DNA of 64,000 bases, taken from contig NC_058131.1 in the NCBI RefSeq assembly GCF_016433145.1, positions 176,286,924-176,350,923 of the forward strand, given 5' to 3'. The position numbers were made by a program, and so were the translations under genes. Positions within the stretch are counted from its first letter, which is position 1, and each line of letters starts with the position of its first letter. The notes under the pieces were generated by a model. That model was not told the origin of the DNA, searched no databases, and was given only the letters and a program-made list of their open reading frames with translations. The DNA is from Gracilinanus agilis (taxonomy: Eukaryota). Of this stretch, positions 1 through 13,869 are shown in pieces.

Positions 1-2901
1 TCTTTTATAAATTTATGCATTCCTATTTGATGTTTGAAAAAGAATTCTAGAGAAAGAACACAGTGTGTGGAGCCCTTGTGAAGAAATTAATGGATATTTT
101 TGTTAAGAGTTGTATATAGGGGAAAAATATAAATTTTGTGATCTATACCATTGAAAGGAGAACTACATAGATTAGTAATTTACAGATATGTCCTTCAGAG
201 TATTGATTAATTCCATCATGCATCTCCCTATCACCCTTGAGAAAACAAAACAAAAGAAAACACCTGTTCCTGACTACTAAGTATAGCCCTGTCATTCATA
301 TTTGTCTGACAAACTTTGGTTGATTGGGCATGACAATGAAAAGTGAGAGACATAAGTTACAACACACACACACCCTAATAATAGGATCATGGTAAGTAAT
401 ATACATAGAATATAAAGTGTCAGCAAAAGAGACCATTTAAAAATATAGTACAATACACATGCACTCAAAATATTATCTTCCTGTACTCTGTAAGATTCAA
501 TGTTTATTTATCTTCTATTGAATAATATTCACTTAAAGAAAACCCACATGTAAGACCACAGCAAAATAAAATATTTTCTCTGTTTCAAGTAAAAGTAACA
601 TAAAACAAGCAATTATTTAGATGTTGTGATGTATATTATCACAAATACCTTGGCAGAAAATTCTTATCAGGAAAAAACTGCAAACTCTCAATGCCTTCTC
701 ATCTTTTGAGATTCCTGTGTTTTGGGGTTTTACTCTGTAAATATTCCATAAAGGATCTGCCTAACACTATGAATATTTTGTTCTAGTTCTTTTAATATCT
801 CAAGGACATATCGAAGAAACATTTGAGATGCCTTCTGGTGCTTCTTATTCTCACCAGTCTAACTCTTATTCTAATCATATATGTCCTTGATATTGTATTT
901 AATGCAACATTTCCAAAATATTTTAATAATGAAAATATATAATGATTTGCTTCCAGTCACTCATCAAGGACTTTTCCCTAGCATTCTGGTTTACTTGTAG
1001 TTTTGATCATCCTAAATAATGTTGTTCCCTAATTTATAGTCATATAATTTCACCAGAAAAACATGGAGCTAAAATTTGATTTTATAGCAAGAAGTAACTT
1101 AAGATCATTGAAATTACTACACAATTTTTAAATGAAATAAACCCAATTTCCTCTTTTTATTTAATTCTGAATCTAGTTAATTTTATCTGTTGCAAATGTC
1201 CAAGATTCATACTTGTGAACTTAAAACAAGGGGTGTCCATTTAGCTATATGCTATTATTTGGGCAACATTTGCTTTTCACCAGCTTTATTTTTCTTGTGT
1301 GAAGGGTTAAAGCAATTGCCACAACATTATTTTTCAAAAGCACATACAAATAAAAATAAACAAATATCACTAACCCCACCTTTGGATTCTTACCATTAAT
1401 CAGAGAATCAGAAACTGCCTTTTCATTATGTAAATTCACTGTTCTATTCAAGAATCATGCCATTCCTTTTGAGTACCTTAGACACTATCTATGTACAAGT
1501 ACTAAGTTTTGTTAATGTCCTCTTCAAATGACAATCTGTATTCTGCTTACATTACTCACTATGCCCTTTTCCTCTATTTTAGAACTGTATAAAGATAACA
1601 AGCTTTGGTTCCAGACAATAGGCTCCAAAATTAGTACTGTAGGTCAAGCAAAGAATCTACTCTTTAAAGTATCATTTCAGTGATGTGTATGTTTAAAAGT
1701 GATACTGAGAGACAGATTTCCATTCAATTTAAGCTTTAGAAAAATACACAGTTATTAAGATTATAATGAAACATGCACGTCTATTGTCTTGGATTTACAT
1801 ATGTACCAATAAGGCTGGTGTTTTGTTTTATTTTTGGTCTATGGTTACTTTATATTGTCTATAACCATTATATACCCTTAAAAATTAGCAGAACAAAATT
1901 ATACCTCTCCCAATAAGAATTACTGCATTTAGGATATTTTGTAAAAAGGATATAATGGTTCAGGTTGAGGAAAGGAAGACTATAGCAAAAAGAATGGTTA
2001 AAATCTCTGAGCGTTTCACTAAGTTTGAAATCAGAATTAAATAATAACTACTCATTATGACTATGACCACATAACTGGACTGTTGGACAATTTATATTAA
2101 TAAGATATATTTTATAAGAAATCTATTGCTATTATACTCTGCATATATAGTCAAATCTGTAAATACAAAATGGGTGAACTCTAGTTGTAAATCAATATGG
2201 TTGAGTTTCTTACTAAACAATCAACCATCTCCATTGAGCCAAGATCATCATGACCAACATTTCCCACCTCCTGATGTGTATGCCACTGTGTAGTGAAACT
2301 ACTGAGCTCAATTTTATGGTAAAATGACTGTTATTGCTTGACCATAAAAGCCCATGGAAGAAATCATAGAAGGAATGGATGGGATCTAAGAACACTGCTT
2401 AATTTCTTTGAGAATAGCCAAGAAAAGCTGACTGTTATGGACTGGCAATGAAAGATGCAACAGTATGTTCTGGGGTCATAAAATAGACACCTATTCACTT
2501 CACTTGACTTAATTCTTCTGACAATTCTTTAAGACTATAAGTTCCAGAGCAGGTGCCCATCTACAATGATAGAGTTAAGGTCTTCGTAGTTTCTTATATC
2601 AATGAAATCACACTTCTGGTTTATCTTATTTTTTAAAGACAATTATCATGTTAGGATATAATGTAGCTTGACATTGAAGCTGAGGTGCTAAGTAAAGCAA
2701 TAGGAAGAAATATAATGAGATTCTACACAAAACTTCTCTAAACAGTTCTAGAAATGCACCAGATTGAAACTTTACTGGGTAATGAAAGAAAAAAAAGCAT
2801 GTCACTTTCCCAACCCAGGTCACCATAGGTAGATGGACAAAAAAATCTGCATTCAATGGATCCTGAATCTGATCAGGAATATTCCTTGGGGTTTTCCCCT
2901 T

Positions 2902-3362
2902 TATTAAAGTTTAATTAACTAATTAATTAATTTTAAATAATTTTCCATGGTTACATGATTCATGCTCTTTCCCTCTCCTCTTCCCAAACCCCTCCTGTAG
3001 CCAACAAGCAATTCCAGTGGGTTTTACATGTGTCATTGATCAAGACCTATTTTTATGTTATTAAATATTTGCAATAGAGTGATCATTTAGAGTCTACATC
3101 ACCAATCATGTCTCCATCAACCCATGTGATCAGGCAGTTGTTTTTCTTTTATGTTTCTGCTCCCACAGTTCTTTATCTGGATGTGGATACTGTTCTTTCT
3201 CACAAGTCCCTCAGAACTGTCCTGTATCATTGCATTGCCGCTAGCACAGAAGTCCATTACATTCGATTGTGCCACAGTGTGTCTGTCTCTGTGCATATGA
3301 TTCTCTTGGTTCTGCTTCTTTCACTCTGCATCAATTCCTGGAGATTGTTCCAGTTCACATTG
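2902..3362 (-). mobile_element. 5'-truncated marsupial L1 3' end (3'UTR), antisense
   Basis: T-rich tail on the left, then sequence resembling the reverse complement of the opossum L1 3'UTR (CATGGTTACATGATTCATG...TCACTCTGCATCAATTCCTGGAG). The 14-mer AGGAATATTCCTTG occurs at 2875-2888 and 3365-3378 as a candidate TSD. Confidence 0.8.
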
Positions 3363-3959
3363 AAAGGAATATTCCTTGTGGAGGAATCTAGTACCTAGGA
3401 ATTATTCCTAAGGGCAACACAAGATCATATATGTATATCAATATCATGTAACCCTGCACAATCCAGCAGAATATGAAAAAGATGTTAAATGACAGGTATT
3501 TCACCTACTACCAAGTTGATGGTTAGATCTGGGGCAGACTGATAAAGTAGTCTGCACCCCAAGGTATGATGTGATTATAAGTCCTACCTGTATACTAAAC
3601 ATGGAAAAAGTACAAAAGAAAGCATCAGAAATATGGCTCAGACCCGCCCCCCCCCCCAAAGAAGAGTGGTTATTTCTGGCTTCTAGCCCAGTTAGAAGCT
3701 GCAGAGAAATAATCAATGCAAGAAAGCCTTCAGTATAGTAACTCTGAAACAGCAGAGCCCTCTCTGGCTGTGAGCTGTCTGGAACACTTTTCAGATCGGG
3801 ACTGAAACAAGTATCAGCTTATGTGTTTGTTGTTCAGACACAGATCTATGTCAAGAACCTGTAGAGCTTGGATGATAGAGACTTTGGCAATCAGACTTTG
3901 TCATGGATCACACCACTTTATGAGCACTAAAAGGCAGCAGAAATACTGTTTGAAAAACG

Positions 3960-5490
3960 GCTTGTATATGTCTACCTCCAGAGAAAGAACTATTATAGAC
4001 TAAGAATCATTAGACAACCTGAAAGTTATGACCAAAATAAAAGTGAGATTAGACATCACATTTCAAGAATTCTCAAAACTACCCAAATCTTTTAGAACTA
4101 GAGGGAAAAGTAGAGACAAAAAGAATTCGCAAATTAGAAATTCCAAAATGAACATCTCCAGGAGCATTATAGCCAAAATCTAAAAATGTCAGGTTAAAAA
4201 AATAATAGTGCAAGCATCCAAGAAGAAATAATTTAACTACTGAAAAAGTCACAGTCAGACTCGGATATGACTTAGCAGCCACCATTCTAAAAGAATGGAA
4301 AGGCTGAAATGCAATATGCTAAAAGGCAAAAGATACAGACTTTTACTCAAGAATAGCCTATGTAGAAAAAAAAAAAAACATATAATCCTATATGAAGGTA
4401 GGGCCTTCAAAGAAATAGAGAACTTACAGGCCTTCCTAATGAAAAGACAAAGGCTACATAGGAATTTTGACTGTTAATCACATAAGTAGAAAAAAATATA
4501 AAAACGTACATGTGAACAAACAATAGTAAAGAAATAAATGAAGATAAATTGCCTATTTCTAATATGGGCAGATACTACATATGCCCCCTCTAAATACAGT
4601 CATCATTAGTAGTCACAGAGGGATTGTAATTAAACAAAAGCCCTGAGGACTGTTTCAATTTTGTCTTGATGATCTTGAAAAAAAATTATGGAAAGGGATA
4701 GGAATAGGAATATCTGGCAGGGCGGGAGGTAAGGGGAGGTTAGGGGAAATTCTCTCACATAATTAGGGTGAACAAGTAGAAATCTAAAACAAAAGGGAAG
4801 TCAGGGGAAATGGTTGACACCCAAACTTTATTCTCATCTGAAGTGGTCAAAGGAGGAAGAACACTGGTCACTTAGAGTTGATTCTATACCACATTTCATT
4901 CAATAAAGAAATATGAGAAAAAGAAGAGAGGAAAGTACTAAAGGTAAGGATATACAAAAATATTCATAACTCTTTTTGAGGTGGCAAAGAATTAGTATTT
5001 GAAGTGGCATATTCAAATGGAGATAACTGAACAAGTTATGGTATATAAATATGATGTAATACATTGTACTATATTGTTAGAAATAATGAAAGGAGTGGGT
5101 TCAGAGACACATGTGAAGAATTATGTGATCTGATGCAGAGTAAGGTGATCAGAACTAAGAGAACGTTTTATATAATGACAATATTGTAAAGAAAACTTTC
5201 AAAAATCAAGAATGCTGATAAAGCTAATGACTAACCATGATTCCAGAGAATTATTGATGCCTATCCACTTCGTGACAGAGATAAAATAATTAGAATGCAA
5301 AATGTCATTTCCATATGAATATACATATAATTTTTTTTCTTTTAAACATGGCCAATGCAGAAATTAGTTTGCTTGACTGTACTTGTTTATAATAGGTTTT
5401 TTTTCTTTCATTTTCACTTGTGGTAGTGGAAGGAAAAATGGTGGATTTTTTCTGAATGAAAAAAATTAAAATTTACTTTTAAAAAAGAAC
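3960..5490 (+). mobile_element. Old L1/HAL1-like element: ORF1 C-terminal remnant followed by an L1-type 3' terminus
   Basis: 3985-4477 translates with frameshifts to L1 ORF1p C-terminal motifs (DLAATILKEW, FKEIENLQAFLMKRQRLHRNFD). 4960-5480 resembles the extreme ORF2 C-terminus and 3'UTR. No EN/RT sequence is seen between them. Confidence 0.7.
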
Positions 5491-8208
5491 ATAACATAAT
5501 TTAAAGGAGTAGATATTCTAAAGAAGCTCAGAAGTTTATGATCACTTTTAAACAAAACTTCCTTGTTGATGTTTTAAATGGGTAAAACAAGTAGATATTC
5601 TTGATCCTACCTGTCCCCCAGGTGAATGAGTACTCAGGCAGCCTTTTGCTTCAAAATCAGTGTGTTCCTTTAAATTATCCAGATATAACCATTAAACTTT
5701 AAAATTCCTGTCACTAATGTGTCTGAAACTCAGAAGGATTTTATTTTGCACAAACCCTGTGAGTAAAAGCTCCTCACAAGTTAGTTAAAATAGGGAACTG
5801 GACATAGAGGGAAACAATAGGTAGCAAATGGGGCATATGTCTTTTATTCAGGCAGCTAGGGGATGGGCCATATCTCATGTTAACTGCTTGAAAATGATTA
5901 AGGGTAGCATATAAAAATTAACATAAGAAATTCCTCTGATACTTGCAAACTCTAAAGCATTATTTGCTCTGTTGTTGCCCAAGGCAAAAACTACAGTAAA
6001 GTTCATAAGAAGATTTGGGCAAGTCAGTGGACATTGAAGATTTCCTGTACAAAGGACAGAAAAGAGTTTATGTTCCTTTTTTCTTCATTTAGTGAGTTAA
6101 TGCATCTTCCTGAGTTTTCTTCCTGGGATTCAGGCCCTAGGAGAATTGTCTTACATGCATAGTTTAGTGAGAGCAGTGCTTATCTAAAAGAGAATCCAAT
6201 GATGCTTGTTTGTCCTTGGTTATTGGGAAGAAATTTGGGTAAAGACATGGATAATATATATCACACAATTCACTTTTAATTAAATTCTGGCCATCTTTCT
6301 TAAAATGTCAGGTCTATACCCTACCAAAAATCTTTTACAACTTAAGGAAGATTAACCTCATATAGATAGATATATTAAAATACAAATATATTGCTTGAAT
6401 ATCAGATATGGTTTCACATTTTTAATTTCTATTCTCAATTCAATTCTTTGATAGTTCCTATCAAGTTGAAAATTTTCTTTAATGGTGTAGATTATAACTC
6501 AATTGATGAAGTATGAACAAAGAAACTGACCATTAGATTTGGCATTATTCTATTTTCTAATCTTTATTTTGCTATTTATTATCTGCGTGGCTTGAACAAA
6601 TCACATAACTTCTATAAGTCTCATATATAAAATGAGAGAGGGGATTGAACTAGAAGTATAGACTCTCAGCTATTAATTTATAATCCTATTATCATTATCT
6701 TCTAATCCTGTGTTACTTGTCAGTATTGCCCCATAAATCTTCCAAAGTGAATTCCTCCAGTTTCTGAGGATCTTCCTCTAGAGAGCTTAACTTTTTGTGG
6801 ATTGTATATAGTGTCAGATCAATCTATCAGTTATCCCTCACTTTTATTAGTGTCAACAATATGATAAAAAAGGTGAAAATTATCACTGGATCAAATAATA
6901 TCAAAAACATTAAAAATCATCCAATTTATAGTTTGATGTTTATGTTTACAAGGTCTCCTCAGTGAAGTACATAGCCCTAGGAAGAGTTGACCTAACAACC
7001 ACCTACACTAGAAAATCAAAGCAGATGAAAATTCGACTTGCACAGACTAGAACATATTGAAAGAAAGGTATCAAACAGAATTGGCAATCCAATGAAAATA
7101 AACAATAAACTACCTAGAATTAAGTAGGAGAATAAGACATATTTATATAGTTTTATTTCCCTCCTTTCCTTTTTAGTTAAAAGTCTTGAATAGATTGCAA
7201 AATAGCAGGCAAAAACATTTTTATAGTACTAGATTAGAAGAACTCCGCTAAAACAAGGAACTATATAATTCTTCTACTTTACATCATGGTCCAGATATCC
7301 ACTCTTTGATATTTATATTGCCCACTACATATCTTGAAAATTTTCTTACATTGTCATCAGAATTAAGCAGGTTTAACTTGTTCATGACTTCAGTGCTTCC
7401 CTTGCATCCATCTTCATAAACATCTTTCAAAAATGAGATAATCAATGAATTTCCATACAGTCATGAAATTCACTCTGAAGAATTTTCTTTCTCCTCTTCC
7501 CCAACTCCCTAAATCAAGTTCTTTTTTGTGTAAATCTTTGGATTTTTATTTTTAAGCACTTTCCATCCCTCTTAGAAGGTCTACTTCTCCATCCAAATAT
7601 TAGATGGATGAATGAATCCTAATTTGAAACATGAAATCTGCTCTCCATAAAACTAAATTGAATATGAAAAACTGTTTTGATCTTTCTTCTCTTTTCCAGA
7701 TTTTTAGGCTAAATGGTCACTTATACCCAAGATTCCTATCAATTCTACTTCAAAGTCTTGTCCCTCCTTGTTGGTTAGAATAAGGTCCTGAATTGCAGTT
7801 TCCCTTGTCATTCCTTCCACCTTTTGATGGATGAAGTTATCATTAAGGAAAGTCACAAATTTGTCAGCTGTTCTGTTTTTGCCTTAGCAGATGCCCAGAT
7901 AGTTACAAGTTCTTCATCAATCACTTCAATATCATACCTAGGTGACTAGAGACTCCCCCCCACCCCCCGAACCTCTTATCTAATTCTTCTTTTGTGCAAG
8001 TGGTTTGTAGAAATCTCTAAGATCACTTATAGTTCTTTATCCAATGGTATTTTATTGTCTGAAAGAGTATATGAAAATTCTATAGAAGAAGTGAGTGTAA
8101 AGGGGGGGGGGGGAATGGGAATCAGATGACCTTGGTATCTTGCTTTCTTTTTGCCTCTACCAACCTAAGTTGTAGTCAATTCTCTTCACCTATGAACCTA
8201 TTTATGTC

Positions 8209-8231
8209 TATATACATACATATATACATAC

Positions 8232-8284
<53 letters not shown>
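8209..8284. repeat. Compound (TATACA)/(TA)n(GA)n microsatellite
   Basis: Read directly from the sequence. Confidence 0.95.
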
Positions 8285-8286
<2 letters not shown>

Positions 8287-8404
8287 TCCATATATCATCA
8301 TATAAACCATTTGCATAATAATTGTTAAAAATAAGAAAAGGCTTTGAAAGTTTTAAATGTTCTGAGCATATAAAATATTATTAGTTATATTCTTACCTAT
8401 CTTC

Positions 8405-8540
8405 TAATAGTAGATTGTCAGTTTCTTGGTAGTAGGAACTAGATTCCTATTTCCTTTAAGCCCTTTATTATATACATAGCATCATGCTTATTTGGTGCAT
8501 TCACTAAATATTCATTCAGTGGCATTTGATTGAATTATTA
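8405..8540 (+). mobile_element. L2 3' end remnant
   Basis: TAGATTGTCAGTTTCTTG...CATAGCATCATGC...AAATATTCATT...TGATTGAATT resembles the L2 3' terminus. Confidence 0.5.
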
Positions 8541-9299
8541 ACAGTTATTTATGGACAATCAGGTGCTCATTCTTTCTTTTTTCCCTGCCCATGATTCTCT
8601 CACTTTTTTCTGATCAAGAAATTCTGAACTAATTACCAAACTTCAGCCAAGGCACAGCCTCCATTTCATAGCTTTATTGCTTTTATTATGAGTCTCTTCG
8701 GTTCAATTTCGCTAGGCATTTAAAAGATTGGCATCAACACTAAATTGTGTACCAAGGACACTTTGCATTGACCTCATCTTACACTCTCGGTCTACTTGTA
8801 ACCTGATTGTCTCAACTGTTCAGATGATGCAAAATACAGCCAATTGTTGGAAATAATAGAGGGAAACAATAGCTAAAGAAGAGACTTGACAAGAATAGAA
8901 TACTCTTTCACTGATCTTTCAATAAACACATACAGCCAAAATCTGGGGACAAAACCAAAGGGATGCCAGGATCTCTCATTCTACTCCTGATTGCTTTTCA
9001 ATTTGATTTATGGACCTTCTCCAAGTTTTGTTGGAAACAAAACGATATATAGGAGGGGCAAACCAGATATATTCCTGTTCCTTGGAATCTCTCTCCAGGA
9101 CAATATACTAAACAGAAAAAAAAAATTCACCATTGGGATATTTGTATATGACAATTCAGTTTCTAAAATGAAGTGTGTCTATACAAAATCTCAACAGTGT
9201 TATCATTTTTCCTTCTTCACATTTTGTGTCTACATGTCATGTAGACTCATTCTCAAAACAAAAAGTCATTCATACATCCAAATAATTTAAGGCTGTCTG

Positions 9300-9475
9300 A
9301 GAAAGAAGAGACCTAGAGTTCATTTCTTCTCTCCTTCCACTCATTTTAAAAAGGAGAAAACTGAGTCCTCGATAAAATTACTTCTTCAAGGACATATGTA
9401 CATATTATAATAAATGTAGAATTAGGATCCAGTTCATTTAATTGCAAGGCCATTGTTCTCTCCATTACGTGCCAA
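9300..9475 (-). mobile_element. MIR/Ther-type CORE-SINE remnant
   Basis: Reverse-complement CORE motif CATTTTAAAAAGGAGAAAACTGAG. Confidence 0.55.
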
Positions 9476-9797
9476 AATTTTTATAATGCTGTGACCTCGA
9501 TTGTCACCACTCCATCTGATTTCATTATTGTTATGCTATGATGAGCACCTGCATACCTGTAAACTTCTTTCTTTGTCTACTTCTCTTGTACTTATACACA
9601 TACACATGCACAAACACATCCCAAAATTCATGATATATTTTCCTAATTTTTACTCATACATTATTAAGTTTTTAGGCCTTCAGTTAACTTGAATTTAACA
9701 AAATCAAAGACAATATTCTTTTAATTAAGAAAATATCTTAAAGAAAATAAATCATCATGGGATATGTAGATAGTTGAAGATGATATACCAGTCTTCT

Positions 9798-10900
9798 GGG
9801 GGTGTAGCCAAGATGGAAGAGTAACTAGGGCAGTAGCTCTTTTTCAACATGAAAATCCTCTCCAACCAAGAGTAAAATATCATCACAAAACTATACAGAA
9901 TTAAAGAAGCAACAGAGACAGAGGGAAACAACCTTCCAAAAAGAAAAACCCAAAAGATAGGCAGAGACCATCTAGGGAACTGAGGTGTGAGGGGAGCAGA
10001 GTTAGCAGGAAGCATAGCAATAGTGAAGAGCAAGTCAAGAGCAAACCATACCCCCACCATCCCACGGATCTGCTCTCACAGGTTCCAAACTTAAGTCCAA
10101 GCTAAGTAAGACCCTGAGATCCTGCCAAGCAATTAGTGGTCCAAGCCAACTTACACCCCTTAAAATTGCAAATCTGCAGAGAAGTCCATAGTCCTAGCCC
10201 AGGGCAATATGGGCTGAAGGAGGTCGATTCCTGTGGGCCCAGGGTGAATCAAGGAATCCTAGTCTAGGCTTGGGGTGAGGACACAGTTCTCAGGGGGTGC
10301 CTCCCTAGGATCTTTTTGCCCAAAACTAAGGGTGTTTAAGCTCTAGGACAGGGCAATCATGGGTGTGCCTGATTTAATCTAGAACACCTAGAGACCAAAA
10401 ATGTGAGCCTAAGCCTGGGGCTAGAATCTGATCAGCACCTGATCTGATCAAGTTCAGACTGAAATAAAAGTCTTACACCCAAGCCTGAGGAAAGTCTTTA
10501 GGCATATCAGCATCTCAAAGGTCAATTGAATCAGCACAGGGAGGGTCCTTTCAGAGCTCTCATTCCTCAGTTCATCTGATAAACTAGTAACAATCCAGAA
10601 AATAAGCTGAAAATAACATCAAGGAAGGACTAAAGTTTAAGAGGGTACCCTAAATTCCCAGAAAACAGAACCTACCTATAATTAGATAGGGAAAATGAGC
10701 AAACAATCAAAAAGGCACCTAACTCTATAGACTTTTTATGGAGCCAAAAGCAAGGTACAGACACAGAAAGGGACAGCAAAGCAAAGGAAACACACCCAAA
10801 CTCCAAAAGAAAAATATGGATGGGACACAGATTCTGGAAGAGCTTCAAAAAAGACTTCAAAAACCAATTATTAGAGGTAGAGGAATAGTGGGGAAGAGAA
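9798..10900 (+). mobile_element. L1 5'UTR plus ORF1 N-terminus (3'-truncated L1)
   Basis: Starts GGGGGTGTAGCCAAGATGG, the L1 5'-end YY1-type motif. ORF1 start at 10695 (MSKQSKRHLTL...), then the LEEL.K.F.NQ-like region. Flanked by AAGATGATATACCA (9777-9790) and AAGATGACATACCA (10901-10914). Confidence 0.8.
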
Positions 10901-11619
10901 AAGATGACATACCATTTTTAGTTTATTTCTTTTACTGGGTACTTCCCAGGGCACATTATTATATTAATATAAGTATTATGTTTAATGGTGAAGACTATAA
11001 AGCTCTTGTGCCATCTCATTCTGAGTCATACTTTTCCATGTTCTTCCATAAATCCTGAAAAGAATATCTAAGGACTGAAAAACTTTTCCCTGATCTTTTA
11101 ACAACTTAGGAATACCAGCATAGCACACCAGATGTCCAACTATTATTCCTATTTATCATCACATGCTGGTCCCCAGAATTTTCAATTATATATGTTTTGG
11201 TTTAGTTTCTCTTTCAGGTCCCTTTTGTGTATTGCCATTTCCCCTTAAAATAAAGCTTCTTGAGTGCAGGGACAGTTTTTATTTGTTTCTATTTGTAGCT
11301 ATACATCTTGGGAATCAAGGGCTCACAAAGTCTTTTGGATATGACACAATTTTATCCTTTGGAGAATATATTCCATGATTTGTAGTCATACTGTATCACA
11401 AGGAAAATATTAATACCTTTTTACATCAGAGATCCACTTGGGATTCTTGAAAGTGTTGATCATCTTCCCAAATTAATTCAGTGTACTCTTTTCTATTATA
11501 TGTCACTTGATTCAACTGGCAAGATTTTCTCTCTCTTAACAACACCACCACAACCCCATTAAAAAGAAAGGGAAATTTTCTTGTAAAAAACTTTCACTGT
11601 CAAGAAAAAAAAAAACAAT

Positions 11620-11850
11620 TTCATAATGCTTATATCCAAATATATTTGCTTTTTCTCTGTCTTACACCCATCACCTCTCTGTCAGGAGATAGGCATCATG
11701 GTTAATCTGAAATCACTGTTATTGAACATTGCATTGATTAGAGTTCTTAAGTCTTTCAAAGTTGTTTATCTTTATGGTACTGTAATCATATTAATTGTTT
11801 TGGTTCTATGTGCATTCTGTATCAGTGTACAGAAGTCTCCTTGAATCCTC
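11620..11850 (-). mobile_element. Old L1/HAL1 3' end fragment, antisense
   Basis: Reverse complement of the 3' terminal sequence seen at 5140-5300 (TTGATTAGAGTTCTTAAGTCTTTCAAAGTTG...TCTGTATCAGTGTACAGAAGTCT). Confidence 0.65.
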
Positions 11851-12053
11851 TTTTCTTTCTCAATTCAATTCTGGACCCAACTCTTTCTCTACCTCCAATA
11901 GCTGTCATCGTCATAGATATCCTTTATAAAATATATTTTTCCTTTATGGATAAGAGACTAATGGTTCTGATTGAATGTTCATAATCCTGTCGGAGTTTTG
12001 TAACAATGGACCAAAAAGTTTACACTAAAAATTCCTTAATAGAGTCTTAAGCA

Positions 12054-12180
12054 GGGACAACTAGGTAGCAAAATGTTCAAAGCCTAATTTCAGGAGGACC
12101 TGGATTCAAATAAGGCCTCAGACACTTCTTAGCTGTGTGACCTAGATAAGTCACTTAACCCCAATTGCCTTTTTTAAATA
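12054..12180 (+). mobile_element. Short tRNA-derived CORE-SINE (older marsupial subfamily)
   Basis: GGGACAACTAGGTAGC...GGATTCAAATAAGGCCTCAGACACTT...AAGTCACTTAACCCCAATTGCC. Confidence 0.75.
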
Positions 12181-12243
12181 AAAGACCTTAATAAACCCTT
12201 GCTCCATAATGTTTCTTTGTTATAGATAAAAATTAATCTGGAG

Positions 12244-12426
12244 GGGGGCAGCTGGGTAGCTCAGTGGAGTGATAGTCAGGCCTAGAGACAGGAGGTCCTA
12301 GGTTCAAAGCCGGCCTCAGCCACTTCCCAGCTGTGTGACCCTGGGCAAGTCACTTGACCCCCATTGCCCACCCTTACCAATCTTCCACCTATGAGACAAT
12401 ACACCGAAGTTAAGGGTCTAAAAAAA
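12244..12426 (+). mobile_element. SINE-1 (Opo-1/SINE1_Mdo-like), young, with TSD
   Basis: Pol III A-box (TAGCTCAGTGG) and B-box (GGTTCAAAGCC), A tail, and a perfect 16-bp TSD AAAAATTAATCTGGAG at 12228-12243 and 12427-12442. Confidence 0.95.
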
Positions 12427-12574
12427 AAAAATTAATCTGGAGCCTTATTACCAAATTTAAAAGTCTTTAGTAGTAAAGAGAGAGAAAAATAAAAAGGATT
12501 TTCAGTCTTTCTAACTTTCTAACTCTTGGTAAAAATCCAATCCTCCATTGCAGCTCTCAGAGATCAACAGAGAA

Positions 12575-13165
12575 GATAATGAGGGAGAGAGAAAGAGACA
12601 GACAGACAGACACACAGAGAGAAACACAGAGACACAGAGACAGAGACAGACAGAGGGAGGGAGAGAGGGAGAGGGTAGAGAAAGAGGAAGAGAGGAGAGA
12701 AAGAGAGGGAAANNNNNNNNNNNNNNNNNNNNNNNNNNNNNNNNNNNNNNNNNNNNNNNNNNNNNNNNNNNNNNNNNNNNNNNNNNNNNNNNNNNNNNNN
12801 NNNNNNNNNNNNNNNNNNNNNNNNNNNNNNNNNNNNNNNNNNNNNNNNNNNNNNNNNNNNNNNNNNNNNNNNNNNNNNNNNNNNNNNNNNNNNNNNNNNN
12901 NNNNNNNNNNNNNNNNNNNNNNNNNNNNNNNNNNNNNNNNNNNNNNNNNNNNNNNNNNNNNNNNNNNNNNNNNNNNNNNNNNNNNNNNNNNNNNNNNNNN
13001 NNNNNNNNNNNNNNNNNNNNNNNNNNNNNNNNNNNNNNNNNAGGACTGAGGAGATAAATAGAGGGAGAGAGGGAGGAAGGGAGAGAGAGAAAGGGCAGAA
13101 AGAGAGAAACAGAGAGAAAGAAAGAGACTGAGACAGAGAGAGGGAGAGAGGAGAGAAAGAAAGGA

Positions 13166-13240
<75 letters not shown>

Positions 13241-13262
13241 GGGGGAGACACACAGACAGACA
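12575..13262. repeat. (GA)n/(GACA)n purine-rich low-complexity tract spanning assembly gap 12713-13041
   Basis: Read directly. It explains the ORFs at 12511-13272. Confidence 0.95.
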
Positions 13263-13869
13263 GAAGAGCCAACCCAGGGAGTCAGTTAGTTCAAGTGCCC
13301 TGTCCTGAGAAAGAGAGCATTCTGCTTCTCACAATAGCTTTTCAAAAAGTCTGCACTCCTCAGCCACACATCATAGGTAAATGGCTTCCCAATGCCATGT
13401 GTCCTTATGCCTGAGCAGGGATACTGGCACGGATGCTGGGGGACACCAGGCAGGACCCTGAAGGACCTGTGACTCTGTGACTCCTATGTCCCACCACTGG
13501 AGTATGCTGGATCAAGGCTGAGATGGAGGTGTTTTACTTCATACATGTTACTAAAATATTTTTCTTTAGCAACAAGAAGAATGCATTTTTGAGGCATTAT
13601 AAATTTGTTCTACAATAATACAAACCATCACAACAAAAAGCACAATGACTTAATTGCTTATGCAGCACTTATATTAAAGTGACCACTTCAAAAAGCAACA
13701 TATCCTTACTGTTTCTGAACCTGTCATCAAATTGTTTTCAAACTTCCACAACAATTTAACATTTGAGCACAATTCCATTCCCAATGGATACTTAGATGAA
13801 AGTGCATATCTTCATTTGGATTTTGCACACTGCACCTAAATATTTCTCTCATTCTTCTTCATACCCTCA

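Noticed and set aside
12511-13272. Long ORFs (253, 229, 169 and 156 aa)
   Set aside because: Translations of (GA)n/(TC)n repeats and an N-gap.
13376-13408. C2H2 zinc-finger linker on the minus strand (IRTHGIGKPFTYDV)
   Set aside because: Only a loose resemblance to HTGEKPF; the flanking Cys/His pattern is absent, so it is probably chance.
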